A stretch of 64,000 nucleotides of DNA from a virus. Position numbers and translations under genes: made by a program. Numbering within the stretch: the stretch's first letter is position 1; the number at the start of each line of letters is the position of its first letter. The notes under the pieces are model-generated. The model was not told the origin of the DNA. It saw only the letters and a program-made list of their open reading frames with translations, and made no database searches. The stretch is from the IMG/VR virus record IMGVR_UViG_3300042465_009257, positions 32,001-96,000 of that record; one strand, given 5' to 3'. This document shows, in pieces, positions 48,269 to 57,729 of the stretch.

Positions 48269-48652
48269 TTAGCTTGCTGCCTCCTCATTTAAATATTTGA
48301 AATCTTCAATTTTGTCTTGGCGAATTTGTGCCGCTGAATCAGAATATCCATCTGCATACCGCAACATTAGCTTTGCCTTATTCCCGTCAAGAATAGAAGA
48401 TCTTAAAAGACCTAGAATCTGTCGAATTCCTTCTGCGCCAAATTCAAGGTCTCCCATTTCTTCATGAATATTTTCAACATCTAGTTTTTTATTATAGACA
48501 ACGTGTTTTTTAACAGCGTCTAGAATTTCTGCCGCTTCACCCACTAGTAAAGTCGCCATGTGCCATAGGTCAACTTTTTCAGGAGTCAGCGTTTCTAGAA
48601 TTTGTTCGCCAGGTTTTTTCAGTGTTTTTACTAGTTCTTCGTGAGTCATCAT
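48269..48652 (-). CDS. MazG-like nucleotide pyrophosphohydrolase
   Basis: GEAAEILDAVKK, EEMGDL, N..KL..RY. Confidence 0.85.
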   Translation of the reverse strand: MMTHEELVKTLKKPGEQILETLTPEKVDLWHMATLLVGEAAEILDAVKKHVVYNKKLDVENIHEEMGDLEFGAEGIRQILGLLRSSILDGNKAKLMLRYADGYSDSAAQIRQDKIEDFKYLNEEAAS

Positions 48653-48840
48653 AAATTTTAAAAAATTAATATATTGTGCTTATTCGCCAGTTTGTTTTTC
48701 TTTATTTGGAATCCTCTCGCATTTACATTGCCACGCCGTGAAAGAGCCATAGTAAAATCCTTGGTAAGTAACTGGTTTCATTTCAGCTTTACAATAAGGA
48801 CAGATCGGCATTTTTATACGATTTAACTTTATAGTAGATT

Positions 48841-49071
48841 TCACGAAATTCTTTTATATCCAGAAATGTTTTCAGGTATTTGATCGACCAAAGATTTACT
48901 TTGACCGCCCATTGCCCATTCATGCTTTATGAACACTCCATCTGTATTAACATAAAAATCAATTGCATTTGTAAACATCGCGCCCAACCCCTGCCGAAAC
49001 TCGGCTATTAACTTTGCCGAACAAAGTGATAATGTTGCCGTTTTTACATTTGTTTCTATAGCATGTTCCAT
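48841..49071 (-). CDS. hypothetical protein
   Basis: ORF track. Confidence 0.5.
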   Translation of the reverse strand: MEHAIETNVKTATLSLCSAKLIAEFRQGLGAMFTNAIDFYVNTDGVFIKHEWAMGGQSKSLVDQIPENISGYKRIS

Positions 49072-49075
49072 ATTA

Positions 49076-49318
49076 TTATTTACTTAAGGTGTTGGCAACA
49101 AGCCATTCTTTAAATTTCGCTTTATCCTCCGCAGAATCGTCCCAATCATCTCTAAGAGATTTAATAGGCTCAATACTAGTAACTCTAGTGGAATAGTTTT
49201 CTGTCTTAGCCTTACGGACAACAACTAATGAACGGTAGTCTTCGCGGCTTTGAATTTCAGATGGGCAAAGTTTCCGTTTTGGCTTTTCCAGTGGTTTCGT
49301 TAGTTCTTTATGAGTCAT
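49076..49318 (-). CDS. hypothetical protein
   Basis: ORF track. Confidence 0.55.
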   Translation of the reverse strand: MTHKELTKPLEKPKRKLCPSEIQSREDYRSLVVVRKAKTENYSTRVTSIEPIKSLRDDWDDSAEDKAKFKEWLVANTLSK

Positions 49319-49358
49319 ATTACACTACTACTACAGATTCAGAATAAGTCAACAAATT

Positions 49359-49817
49359 TCAGAAAAAATTTAAATTCAATGGCCAGTAGTCAACGATTTC
49401 TTGCAAGCGGTCAAGAGGAAAATCATTGGTCATAATAGTTTGCGCTGGAATATTAACAGATGGTTGAATAGTTATAATTCCATTGTCATTAACATTAATT
49501 AAATTTTCATACATGTAATCCCATACTGTTTGGAGCACCATGAAATCATCTTCATTTTCAATTTGATCCCAATCGTCTTGGCACTCCCATGTTTCAAAAT
49601 CTTGTAAATTATCAAGATTGTCAAAATATGCAACTAAACTACATTCTTGGCCAATGCTATATTTATCAAGCCATCTATATGCGGCCCATATTTTATAGCT
49701 AGAATCGGGTTCTGTTTTTTCTTCAATCCGAACTGTTACAACAGCTTCTACTTTTTTAGATTTCGGAGACTGCTTATAAAACAAATAATGAATATTATCA
49801 GATGTAGAATTTTCCAT
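49359..49817 (-). CDS. hypothetical protein
   Basis: ORF track. Confidence 0.6.
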   Translation of the reverse strand: MENSTSDNIHYLFYKQSPKSKKVEAVVTVRIEEKTEPDSSYKIWAAYRWLDKYSIGQECSLVAYFDNLDNLQDFETWECQDDWDQIENEDDFMVLQTVWDYMYENLINVNDNGIITIQPSVNIPAQTIMTNDFPLDRLQEIVDYWPLNLNFF

Positions 49818-49969
49818 ATCACGCCTTTAATTGTATTTAGAGTCTACTTTTTTCCTAACTTCTTCCAACTTTTTAATCTCCTCAATTTCTGCTTGAATCT
49901 TTATTTTTTCCTTTTCAATATCAGTAATTATAGGAAAGATATATTTTGCCAATGATTTTAATTTTTTCT

Positions 49970-50212
49970 TCATCCTTCACCAGGCACCGAGACTTCCCAT
50001 CCTAGTCGGGAAATAATTTTATCCATTGACTCTTTAGTCCGAAAAGTATTAACTTGGCAAGTTTCATTACGACCTTCAAATGTCGAGGCGCTAATCTGTT
50101 TAATTTCTGAATCAGGAATTACCAACATAGAATCATCTATGAGGCGTAGCAGCATGGCGCGGATTTTTACAGCAGGCTTTTTTTTACTTAGGGCTTTATT
50201 TTTTACAATCAT
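49970..50212 (-). CDS. hypothetical protein (start moved to MIVKNK, outside the tRNA)
   Basis: the longer ORF-track start lies inside the tRNA. Confidence 0.55.
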   Translation of the reverse strand: MIVKNKALSKKKPAVKIRAMLLRLIDDSMLVIPDSEIKQISASTFEGRNETCQVNTFRTKESMDKIISRLGWEVSVPGEG

Positions 50213-50224
50213 AATATTAAATTT

Positions 50225-50314
50225 TGGTGGGAGATGAGGGAATTGCACCCATCGCCGCCTTCCACTTTGTTATAATGGCAACGGATTTACAGTCCGCCAA
50301 GTGGGGCATCGCCC
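50225..50314 (-). tRNA. atypical tRNA-Tyr(GUA) lacking a D-arm, with a long variable region
   Basis: GCGGA-CTGTAAA-TCCGT anticodon arm, G1-C72, A73, encoded CCA, T-loop TGCAATT. Confidence 0.8.
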
Positions 50315-50321
50315 GTATTCA

Positions 50322-50350
50322 AGTATACGGCGGGAATTTTGAAAAGTCAA
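50322..50350 (-). promoter_or_regulatory. TTGACT-N17-TATACT promoter, 7 nt upstream of tRNA G1
   Basis: direct match. Confidence 0.75.
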
Positions 50351-50375
50351 GAGAAATTATTATGCCAACATCAGT

Positions 50376-50422
50376 TTAAATGGTTCCTAAACCGTCATCT
50401 GTACGGAAAAGGAACCATTTAA
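50376..50422. other. 13-bp inverted repeat hairpin downstream of nrdA
   Basis: TTAAATGGTTCCT...AGGAACCATTTAA with an inner CCGT/ACGG stem. Confidence 0.6.
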
Positions 50423-50432
50423 GCTTTGGATT

Positions 50433-52079
50433 CTACGCTTCGCAAGACGAACAATTAAGAATCGATCTGGCCAATTGCTGACTAGGATTACTAGAGCGTT
50501 GGTAATAGACTCCTTTTAGTCCTTTTCGCCACGCTTCAATCAAAAGAAGGCTCATGTCCTTTACAGGAGTCTCAGGAGGAATCATGAAATTGATACTTTG
50601 TCCTTGGTCAATATCTTTCTGCCGCGCCGAAGCCTGATTAATAATTTCCATCTGGCTAATTTCACCAAAAGTTTTGAATACATCTTTTTCATCTTGAGTC
50701 AAAAAGGTGAGATGCTGAACTGATCCCCCATGATTCAAGATAGATTTCCAAACTTCTGTAGAGTTTTCCCCTTTTTCTTTTAAGAGTTTTTTAACATACG
50801 GATTTTTAAAGGTGAACTTCCCTTTAGCTAAATCCTTAATGAAATAATTGGAGTTTAGTGGCTCAATCGACGGAGATACTTGGCCAAGAATAAACGAACT
50901 TGATGTTGTCGGGGCAACGGCACGAGTTGTACTATTCCTAATCCCATACCCCTTTAGAAGCTCAGGCTCTCCGAATAAAACCGCTAATTCTTGTGTAGCT
51001 TTATTGCACTTATTTGCAATATTTTTCCAAACTTGGGAGTTCAAAAGCTTTGCTTCCATGGACTCAAAGCTAATCATTTTTGACTGTAACAGAGAATGCC
51101 ATCCTAAAACTCCTAATCCAAGCGCTCGTTGGTTCATCGCAAAGCGCCGTGGAGCTTCCATGAATGCCATGCCTTCTGTTTTATTGATGAACTCTGTCAT
51201 CACTGCATCTAAAAAGTAAATTAGCGTCTCTACAGCGTCAGTATCTTTCCATTCATCATAATGAAGTAGATTCATTGAAGAAAGGTTGCAAACAAAAGAC
51301 TCTTTATCCGAATTAGCTAAATAAATTTCATTACACAGATTGGAATGGTTAATCTTTAGTCCTTTGTCTTTATAAACTTGCGGAGAGTTTTTATTTACTG
51401 TGTCAGAAAAGAAAAGATAAGGATATCCCGAACTCGACCGTTTCTCCAAAATCTTTTTCCAAACAGTCATATTCTCTTTTTTCTTCTCCAAGAGATCATT
51501 CATCCACTGATCGGAAATACAAACTCCTAAAGACATTTCTTGGATTGGATGCCCAGTATCGCGAATACGCAAAAACTCTAAAATATCAGGATGATCTACT
51601 GGAAGGTATGCCGCGAAAGATCCTCTGCGAACATTTCCTTGACTTACAACATTCATTAGCTTGTCGAAAATTTCCATAAAATGGACAGAACCAGTTGATT
51701 CACCACCAGACGAAATTTTGCTACCTCTGCCGCGAAGATCACCGAAAAAAGCAGAAGTTCCACCTCCAGCTTTTGTCATCATTCCTACTTCTGCCGCTTT
51801 GCCAAGAATATCTTCCATGCTATCCCCAATGTAACTTCCGAAACAGGAGATAGGCAAGCCACGAGACTTAGAGAAATTAGACCAAATTGGAGAGCTTAAG
51901 CTATACCAGCCGCGAGATAGGTAATCTTCAAATTTTTCGGCAAATCCATCAATTCCAAGATTTTTTTCTGCCTCTTTCGCGATTTCCCAAATTCGATCTT
52001 CGGCAGATTGTCCTTCTTCAAGATACCCCCTGGATAAATATTTGCGTGATTCCTCATTAAGCCAATAATATTTACTCAT
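50433..52079 (-). CDS. nrdA: class Ia ribonucleotide reductase alpha subunit (no ATP cone)
   Basis: PISCF, SNLCNEI, VCNLSS, APTTSSS, YY, C-terminal CSSCEA. Confidence 0.95.
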   Translation of the reverse strand: MSKYYWLNEESRKYLSRGYLEEGQSAEDRIWEIAKEAEKNLGIDGFAEKFEDYLSRGWYSLSSPIWSNFSKSRGLPISCFGSYIGDSMEDILGKAAEVGMMTKAGGGTSAFFGDLRGRGSKISSGGESTGSVHFMEIFDKLMNVVSQGNVRRGSFAAYLPVDHPDILEFLRIRDTGHPIQEMSLGVCISDQWMNDLLEKKKENMTVWKKILEKRSSSGYPYLFFSDTVNKNSPQVYKDKGLKINHSNLCNEIYLANSDKESFVCNLSSMNLLHYDEWKDTDAVETLIYFLDAVMTEFINKTEGMAFMEAPRRFAMNQRALGLGVLGWHSLLQSKMISFESMEAKLLNSQVWKNIANKCNKATQELAVLFGEPELLKGYGIRNSTTRAVAPTTSSSFILGQVSPSIEPLNSNYFIKDLAKGKFTFKNPYVKKLLKEKGENSTEVWKSILNHGGSVQHLTFLTQDEKDVFKTFGEISQMEIINQASARQKDIDQGQSINFMIPPETPVKDMSLLLIEAWRKGLKGVYYQRSSNPSQQLARSILNCSSCEA

Positions 52080-52082
52080 AAA

Positions 52083-53069
52083 TTAAAATAGATCGTCGGT
52101 ATCAAAGCTCTGAGACTTCTTGCTATATTCTACAGGTCGGCGGGCAAAAAAGTCAGTAGATGTATTTCCTAAAACTTCTTCGTCAAACCAAAGAGTTTGC
52201 TTAATTAAAAATTCATCGATTTCAAAAGCTTTGCGGTAGCCAATCTCAATTAAAGAATCATTAATTCTATTCTTAACGAACTCTTTCAAGACTTCTGGAT
52301 TCAATCCATCTTCGGTTACTCCTTCTAAAGCCCAATCAATAATATTTGATTCAGCTTTAAATGCTTCTTTCGCCTCATGAATAATTTTTTCTTCTAAGTC
52401 TTGATCAAAAAGTTCTGGGTATTCATCTCGGATTACATTAATAATCTTGATTCCTACCATTGAATGAATTCTCTCCTCTTTCGCGGTATAAGCAGTCTGC
52501 TGAGTGACCGACTTTAAAACATTCTTGTGCCGATTTAGCCAATTGACAATATAGAATTGACTGAAAAGAGAAACATTTTCAACGAACAAAGTGAACAAAG
52601 TCACGGCGTAGAGATATTGCTTTTTCTTATCAGAGTATTCTTTTTTCCGATATTTACGAAGATAGTCTACACGACCCTTAAAAAAGGGCAACTTTAGATT
52701 CTTCTCAAAGACATCTTCGATCCCTAGTTCTTCCAAAAGTCTCCCATAAGCTTGGGAATGGGTTACCTCAATGGCTGCGAGTTTAAAACCAAGGTCAATT
52801 AAACTAGGATGCGGAAGATTTTCTCCTAATTTGCCCCAATAAACTTTTACTTCTGTTTCCACTTGGGAGATAGCAGAAAGAGTTCTAATGACACACTCTT
52901 TGATTTGTGGTGATAGAGCTACATTAAAATCTTGGATATCGCTAGCAAAAGAAAATTCTTTGTCTGTCCAGTGCCCTGAGTCCATTGCGTCAATGAATTC
53001 ATAAGCCCATGGATATCGGTCTGGCTTGCGACTAATTTGTTCATCAAAGATTCTAATTTTATCACTCAT
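52083..53069 (-). CDS. nrdB: ribonucleotide reductase beta subunit
   Basis: EVTHSQAY, ENVSLFSQF, EERIH, DFF..RPVEY. Confidence 0.95.
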   Translation of the reverse strand: MSDKIRIFDEQISRKPDRYPWAYEFIDAMDSGHWTDKEFSFASDIQDFNVALSPQIKECVIRTLSAISQVETEVKVYWGKLGENLPHPSLIDLGFKLAAIEVTHSQAYGRLLEELGIEDVFEKNLKLPFFKGRVDYLRKYRKKEYSDKKKQYLYAVTLFTLFVENVSLFSQFYIVNWLNRHKNVLKSVTQQTAYTAKEERIHSMVGIKIINVIRDEYPELFDQDLEEKIIHEAKEAFKAESNIIDWALEGVTEDGLNPEVLKEFVKNRINDSLIEIGYRKAFEIDEFLIKQTLWFDEEVLGNTSTDFFARRPVEYSKKSQSFDTDDLF

Positions 53070-53078
53070 ATTTAAAAT

Positions 53079-53486
53079 TTATAGTCCACTGCTAATTTCC
53101 ATCGCCTCTACCTCTGCCGCAATTTTTGCCTGCTCTGTTGTTGCGTTTATTGAGGCTTGTTTTGTTGCCTCTTTCGCTGCCGTATTCGTTACATCCGCCG
53201 CAGTCTTGGAGTTCTTCACGGATTGATAAGTGGCGTTCCCAGTGCTCCAGATATCAGTTGCTGCCCACGCCCCAATACCCCATTTAACAACCCCGCCCAA
53301 ATCAGAAAAGGATTTCTCATTATTGGCTCCCGCCATAACTACTGTATCTCCTTTCTTCACAAAAATCATATCCTTGCCGCCGACTCGGCTTCCAGATTTG
53401 ATAGAAATTCCATCTACAACTACTGAATTCGATGTGCTACATGCTACAAGAAAACACGGAAATGCTAAAAGGATTAGATTTTTCAT
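53079..53486 (-). CDS. lipoprotein
   Basis: lipobox LVAC; Ala-rich tail. Confidence 0.6.
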   Translation of the reverse strand: MKNLILLAFPCFLVACSTSNSVVVDGISIKSGSRVGGKDMIFVKKGDTVVMAGANNEKSFSDLGGVVKWGIGAWAATDIWSTGNATYQSVKNSKTAADVTNTAAKEATKQASINATTEQAKIAAEVEAMEISSGL

Positions 53487-53497
53487 TTAAATTTTAT

Positions 53498-53827
53498 TTA
53501 GCTAAGTTTTCCAAGGACCTCTAAAAAATCCTTAATAACAGGATCTTTGATCATCTTCTCATAGCTACGATAATTGGCTTTCTTCTTTTTGTCAAGAGCC
53601 GCTTTGGCTTTTTTCCATGCTGCATATAACTTTGCAGGATCAGTTTCTAAATCGCCAATAGGAAATTCCAGCAACAACCGCTCTGTTTCTAAGCCGCCGA
53701 CATTCTCTACATAAAATGAAAAAGTTGACTCCGTTACTGACGCCCCGCTATAAAAATTGCCTTCTAGCTTAGCAATAAATTCGCCAGCAATCTCATCAAT
53801 TTTTTCAAAAACTTCTTCTAATTCCAT
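53498..53827 (-). CDS. hypothetical protein
   Basis: ORF track. Confidence 0.6.
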   Translation of the reverse strand: MELEEVFEKIDEIAGEFIAKLEGNFYSGASVTESTFSFYVENVGGLETERLLLEFPIGDLETDPAKLYAAWKKAKAALDKKKKANYRSYEKMIKDPVIKDFLEVLGKLS

Positions 53828-53842
53828 ATTAATTTTTAAAAT

Positions 53843-54223
53843 TTATTCAATTATAATGTCTCGACTTGGCTTTGCTTGTTTACCACGCTTTGCTTTTCCA
53901 CCTCTAGCATCACTATATTTTTTATCAGCTTCTGCTTTAAGAAGATCAACTCCACCCATTTTCTCGGCCCTAGCTTCGCTAAGATCAGAAGCGCGATCCC
54001 AGATATCACCCAAGGTTCCACCTTTTGAGGTTTTGTCAAGGAATTGTTTTGGGTTAAACGGGTCAGATTTAACGTCCATGCTAATCTGAGGTACGGTCCA
54101 GACCCGATCCCATTTTACTCCCGCAAGAATATATTCGTGAACATCGTTTACGGATAGAAAAAGAGAAATAATATCTCTGGGATCTTGTGGATTAGAAAAT
54201 TGATATTCTGGCATGGCTGGCAA
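53843..54223 (-). CDS. FmdB-like small protein (Cys ligands absent)
   Basis: MPEYQF..., W.RVWTVP, GTLGDIWD.ASDLS..R. Confidence 0.55.
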   Translation of the reverse strand: MPAMPEYQFSNPQDPRDIISLFLSVNDVHEYILAGVKWDRVWTVPQISMDVKSDPFNPKQFLDKTSKGGTLGDIWDRASDLSEARAEKMGGVDLLKAEADKKYSDARGGKAKRGKQAKPSRDIIIE

Positions 54224-54229
54224 ATGATA

Positions 54230-54261
54230 TTACAGTAGTTCCTAAAAGGCTGGAAATATTT
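54230..54261 (-). promoter_or_regulatory. class II motif AAATATTTC-N18-TGTAA on the minus strand
   Basis: same 18-nt spacing; 6 nt upstream of the TTG start. Confidence 0.6.
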
Positions 54262-54264
54262 TCT

Positions 54265-54858
54265 TTAAGAAATTGAAAATTCAGAGCGGATTGTTAAATT
54301 AAATTCTGGAATTGAGATAGATGTGGCGATGCCTAGCTCTAAAGCTTTTTCGCTGGTAATCAACCAGTCATCCAATAAATTATTCTTTAATTGCTTTTTA
54401 ATCCAATCCTTGGGTTTCTTAAGATGCTTACTAAGAACTTCATTCATTAAATCATTTTCCTTACCGTGCCACTCAACGACTTGTCGAGCCTCTTGTAGAT
54501 TTCCCTCAAAGCCTAGTTGAGTACTGTGAAATAAGAGTGAAGAGAATTTCCCCATGTACCGGTGATCACAATACATGAAAACACAGCATCCTGCTGAAGC
54601 TGCTGTTCCAGATACTACGGCAGCAAATTGCATTCCCTTCTCACGATAACAATCCATGATTGACATAAAGCCAAACAAAATTGCTGCACTGCCTCCATCG
54701 CTTTGAATAAAGATGGGCATCAAAGGCTGAGAATTCTCATGAGCGCGATGCAGCGTCTTTGAGAATGCCTGCAAAGACCTTTCTGAAAAATCGGTAAGAT
54801 GAAAAACACCCGGCACTGCGACATCTCTGACTTGAGGCGATTGACTAATATTCCACAT
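54265..54858 (-). CDS. ClpP-like serine protease
   Basis: IQSDGG, AASAG (Ser), LLFH (His), D.W.T...ALELG. Confidence 0.8.
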   Translation of the reverse strand: MWNISQSPQVRDVAVPGVFHLTDFSERSLQAFSKTLHRAHENSQPLMPIFIQSDGGSAAILFGFMSIMDCYREKGMQFAAVVSGTAASAGCCVFMYCDHRYMGKFSSLLFHSTQLGFEGNLQEARQVVEWHGKENDLMNEVLSKHLKKPKDWIKKQLKNNLLDDWLITSEKALELGIATSISIPEFNLTIRSEFSIS

Positions 54859-54895
54859 AATTATTTTTTATTATTCTCTATTTTAGATATAAATT

Positions 54896-55987
54896 TTAAA
54901 AATCCAAAAGACAATCAACTGTATTTTTCACAGAAAACTTATCTGCCAAAGCTTTTCCAACCTCTGGATCTGGAACATCCATATTTAAGGCTTGTTCCAT
55001 TCCTGCAATTCCAGCGTCCTCATCCCAAGTAAAAATATTACCTTGGTTGTATGGCTGGCCTTTTTGGAAAAACATTCCATCTGTTGCGTCTTCTTTTCCA
55101 GAAGGCTCAACAAAAATAGAGTTCGTATCAGAACAATAGTCAGTATGAGCATGAGCACGTAGAACTACGCCTCTTTTGCCTAAACAGCGAGTTTGTAACA
55201 ATGGTAGTCCAAACCCTTCTCCACCGCTTAGTCCTAGATCGATATCAATTACATTTAGAGCTTGGTTGAACTCTTCCTTTGTAAGAAAACCAAATAGATT
55301 TACATTCCAAGGAAGCTCTCTTCCAATTTCCCGCTCAATAATTTGCTTGTGTGCTGCAATATGATTTTTAGGGTCTATTCCGCCCATGATGAATGGATTA
55401 AAGACATGGCAATGTAGCCGATATTTCTTATCCCCTCCAAAGCGTTTTACCCAAGCTCCGATTGTCTTGGTCGTCCACTTGCGCTTTTCAAGTTTGCCTA
55501 AAACTGAGAAGATTGTGACATCTTCAAGGCCCTTTCGTGGGGCATCTACGTGAGAAAACAGACTGGCGTCAAAGAAGTTAGGAGTTACGCCAGCCTGGAG
55601 ACCTTTAGCCTCAAAAGTTTGTTTAGAAAAATTCGATGGAACTAGAATCCTCGAATACTGAGCCATGATATTCTTTTCAGTATCCGTAATGGAGTCGATT
55701 TCATGAACTGTATAAAGAGTATTTATATCAGACAGTCTCGATTGGCTACCATTAATGTGCCAAACCTTAATTGCTGGTTCAGACTTTTTATAATTAGTTA
55801 ATGCTTTTCCACTGCAATACTGGAACCACTGTGGAAACCCTTCTGGTAAATTGGCATATCCAAAATCAGGATTTCCAATAATGAAGATATTCGGGGTCAA
55901 ACCTCTTTTAAAAAGTTCAACGGCAATACCCATTCCGACACTGCCAAGGCCGGTTTGATTTAGAGGGAGTTCAATACTAAACGTCAT
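54896..55987 (-). CDS. GT4-like glycosyltransferase
   Basis: VPSNFS, GKLEKRK, GEGFGLP. Confidence 0.8.
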   Translation of the reverse strand: MTFSIELPLNQTGLGSVGMGIAVELFKRGLTPNIFIIGNPDFGYANLPEGFPQWFQYCSGKALTNYKKSEPAIKVWHINGSQSRLSDINTLYTVHEIDSITDTEKNIMAQYSRILVPSNFSKQTFEAKGLQAGVTPNFFDASLFSHVDAPRKGLEDVTIFSVLGKLEKRKWTTKTIGAWVKRFGGDKKYRLHCHVFNPFIMGGIDPKNHIAAHKQIIEREIGRELPWNVNLFGFLTKEEFNQALNVIDIDLGLSGGEGFGLPLLQTRCLGKRGVVLRAHAHTDYCSDTNSIFVEPSGKEDATDGMFFQKGQPYNQGNIFTWDEDAGIAGMEQALNMDVPDPEVGKALADKFSVKNTVDCLLDF

Positions 55988-56007
55988 GGTTGATTCTACT
56001 TAAAGTT

Positions 56008-56514
56008 TTAGGATTGGTCAATCTCTGTTTCTTCGATTTGAATGGTTTTGTCAAACTTTTTGATAAGAGCAAAAGATGAATCTAATCCAAATAAAGTTTC
56101 TGCCCAAGTTGAAATCCAGCCTTCAGTATTTTCAAGGGTTTCCCAAGAAGGGAGGTATAAAACTTCAGGAGGTCCATGCGGCTCAAAAACTTCAAAGCAT
56201 TGAATAATCCAATCCATTCCTGGTTTTAGAGAAGTGAAAATCCGCGCATCTTCTTCCATCGCTAAACTTTCTAAGTTGAATACTGAAACAGTCACAGTAA
56301 ATTTCTCATGCTGATCCTCAATCAATTGCGTCATCACCTGATATCGTATTCCACCATCAATAGATACCAAAAATGGTTCCCGATGGGAGAAACAGGCTGC
56401 ACGGACTAGGTTGGATTGAGACATTTGTTTTTTACGATAAACGCGATTATTGGACTTGTCAATGGAATATATAATGGAAAACCTGCGATAAGGCAAATCC
56501 CGAGAGATAGCCAA
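56008..56514 (-). CDS. hypothetical protein (probable start MSQSNL)
   Basis: ORF track. Confidence 0.55.
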   Translation of the reverse strand: MAISRDLPYRRFSIIYSIDKSNNRVYRKKQMSQSNLVRAACFSHREPFLVSIDGGIRYQVMTQLIEDQHEKFTVTVSVFNLESLAMEEDARIFTSLKPGMDWIIQCFEVFEPHGPPEVLYLPSWETLENTEGWISTWAETLFGLDSSFALIKKFDKTIQIEETEIDQS

Positions 56515-56702
56515 AGATTATGGCACAATTGGCATTTCCACAAGTTGAAAATTAAATCTGCACAAATTTTTTCAGCGGCGCGACGACTTTGCATCCAAAT
56601 CAGAAGCCTAGTTCTGAAATCTTCAAAAAGTGTAGACTCATGGGTTACAAAATTTAAATAAGACAGTAAAATGCCTACGCAAATAATTAGTTCTAAATTC
56701 AT
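56406..56702 (-). CDS. DUF1360-like membrane protein
   Basis: LFEDFR, LWKCQLCHNLW, TM helices. Confidence 0.55.
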   Translation of the reverse strand: MNLELIICVGILLSYLNFVTHESTLFEDFRTRLLIWMQSRRAAEKICADLIFNLWKCQLCHNLWLSLGICLIAGFPLYIPLTSPIIAFIVKNKCLNPT

Positions 56703-57388
56703 ACATCTTGTAAACCTTCTTTTAGCTCCGAGTCAACCCATTTTTCCATTTTTCTCACCATCTCGCCGCCTTCTTTCCACAAACCAGAATTTTCCTTCAT
56801 TACACGTTCCACCTCTAAACGTGGAATCGACTCTCCATTCTCAAATTTGCTAAAATCATGCCAGCGGAATTGAACATCAGCAGCTTTGCGGATTAGTGGG
56901 TCATTTTTCTCTTCCTCGCTGTTCGCTGGCTCTAGAACATGGAATTGCCCATACCAGTCCTTGCTGTCATATCTTTCAACGTGGACGATTTTCCCACCAT
57001 TAGATTTTACAAATCCAAGCTCGTCGCCGCCGCCAAATTCCGCAAAACGCAAATCCGTAATAAATCTTACTTGCGGTCCTTCTGGGGAAAGGAGAGTATC
57101 TCGGATTTTATTCAACCAATACTGCCCCTTACTATCATTTCTGCGGAGCTTGCCATATTGAACAAGCAATGGCCGAACCCTTGTCTTCTCTTCAGTAACC
57201 TCGGTAAACGCCGAAAATCCAAACTTATCAGTTATAAAATGGTCCAGGTCTCTCTTCAATTCGTCGGCGAAAGCCCATCGCCCGCAGGTGATTCCTTCTT
57301 CTTTGAGAAAATCAGAGGCGAATCTGTAAAAAGAGTCCTTGCCCGATCGCCCGACCCCCGAAAGGGCTATAATTTTAAATGATTTCAT
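56699..57388 (-). CDS. deoxynucleoside monophosphate kinase
   Basis: SGVGRSGKD, FADELK, RPLLVQYG, ITDLRF; start MKSFK 6 nt after TATAAT. Confidence 0.85.
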   Translation of the reverse strand: MKSFKIIALSGVGRSGKDSFYRFASDFLKEEGITCGRWAFADELKRDLDHFITDKFGFSAFTEVTEEKTRVRPLLVQYGKLRRNDSKGQYWLNKIRDTLLSPEGPQVRFITDLRFAEFGGGDELGFVKSNGGKIVHVERYDSKDWYGQFHVLEPANSEEEKNDPLIRKAADVQFRWHDFSKFENGESIPRLEVERVMKENSGLWKEGGEMVRKMEKWVDSELKEGLQDV

Positions 57389-57524
57389 TCCTTTATTATA
57401 GGTGGAAACGAAAGAAAAAGTCAACCGACTGTCTCAAAATGATTATTTTCGCGAAAAAAAATGGTTGAGGCTTTCGGATTTGACCAAAAAACGGGCAGGA
57501 AAAGAATCATTAATAATTTAAAAT

Positions 57525-57556
57525 AAATTGTTCCCTTTTCTTTACCATTCCTGTAA
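57525..57556 (+). promoter_or_regulatory. class II motif variant AAATTGTTC-N18-TGTAA (cassette 5)
   Basis: TTC-N18-TGTAA conserved. Confidence 0.6.
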
Positions 57557-57570
57557 TTAAACATATAATT

Positions 57571-57729
57571 ATGAATCACCGAATTAAAACTAAACGCTAT
57601 AATTTTTGCTTTGACCCGAAAATTGACGAACTCTTGAAAAAAATTAAAGCAGAAACTTCAATAGGATTAACGAAAATTGTGGAGTTAGCTGTTGTTGATT
57701 TTGCCGAAAAGAAAGGAGTTTCTTTATGA
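57571..57729 (+). CDS. ribbon-helix-helix protein, 52 aa (MNHRIKTKRYNFCFDPKIDELLKKIKAETSIGLTKIVELAVVDFAEKKGVSL)
   Basis: manually translated; paralog; ATGA overlap with the nuclease. Confidence 0.8.
   Translation: MNHRIKTKRYNFCFDPKIDELLKKIKAETSIGLTKIVELAVVDFAEKKGVSL

Noticed and set aside
29774-53069. Introns or inteins in dnaE, dnaB, recA, nrdA, nrdB
   Set aside because: ORFs are continuous and of normal or short length, with no intein C...HN motifs; the endonucleases are free-standing
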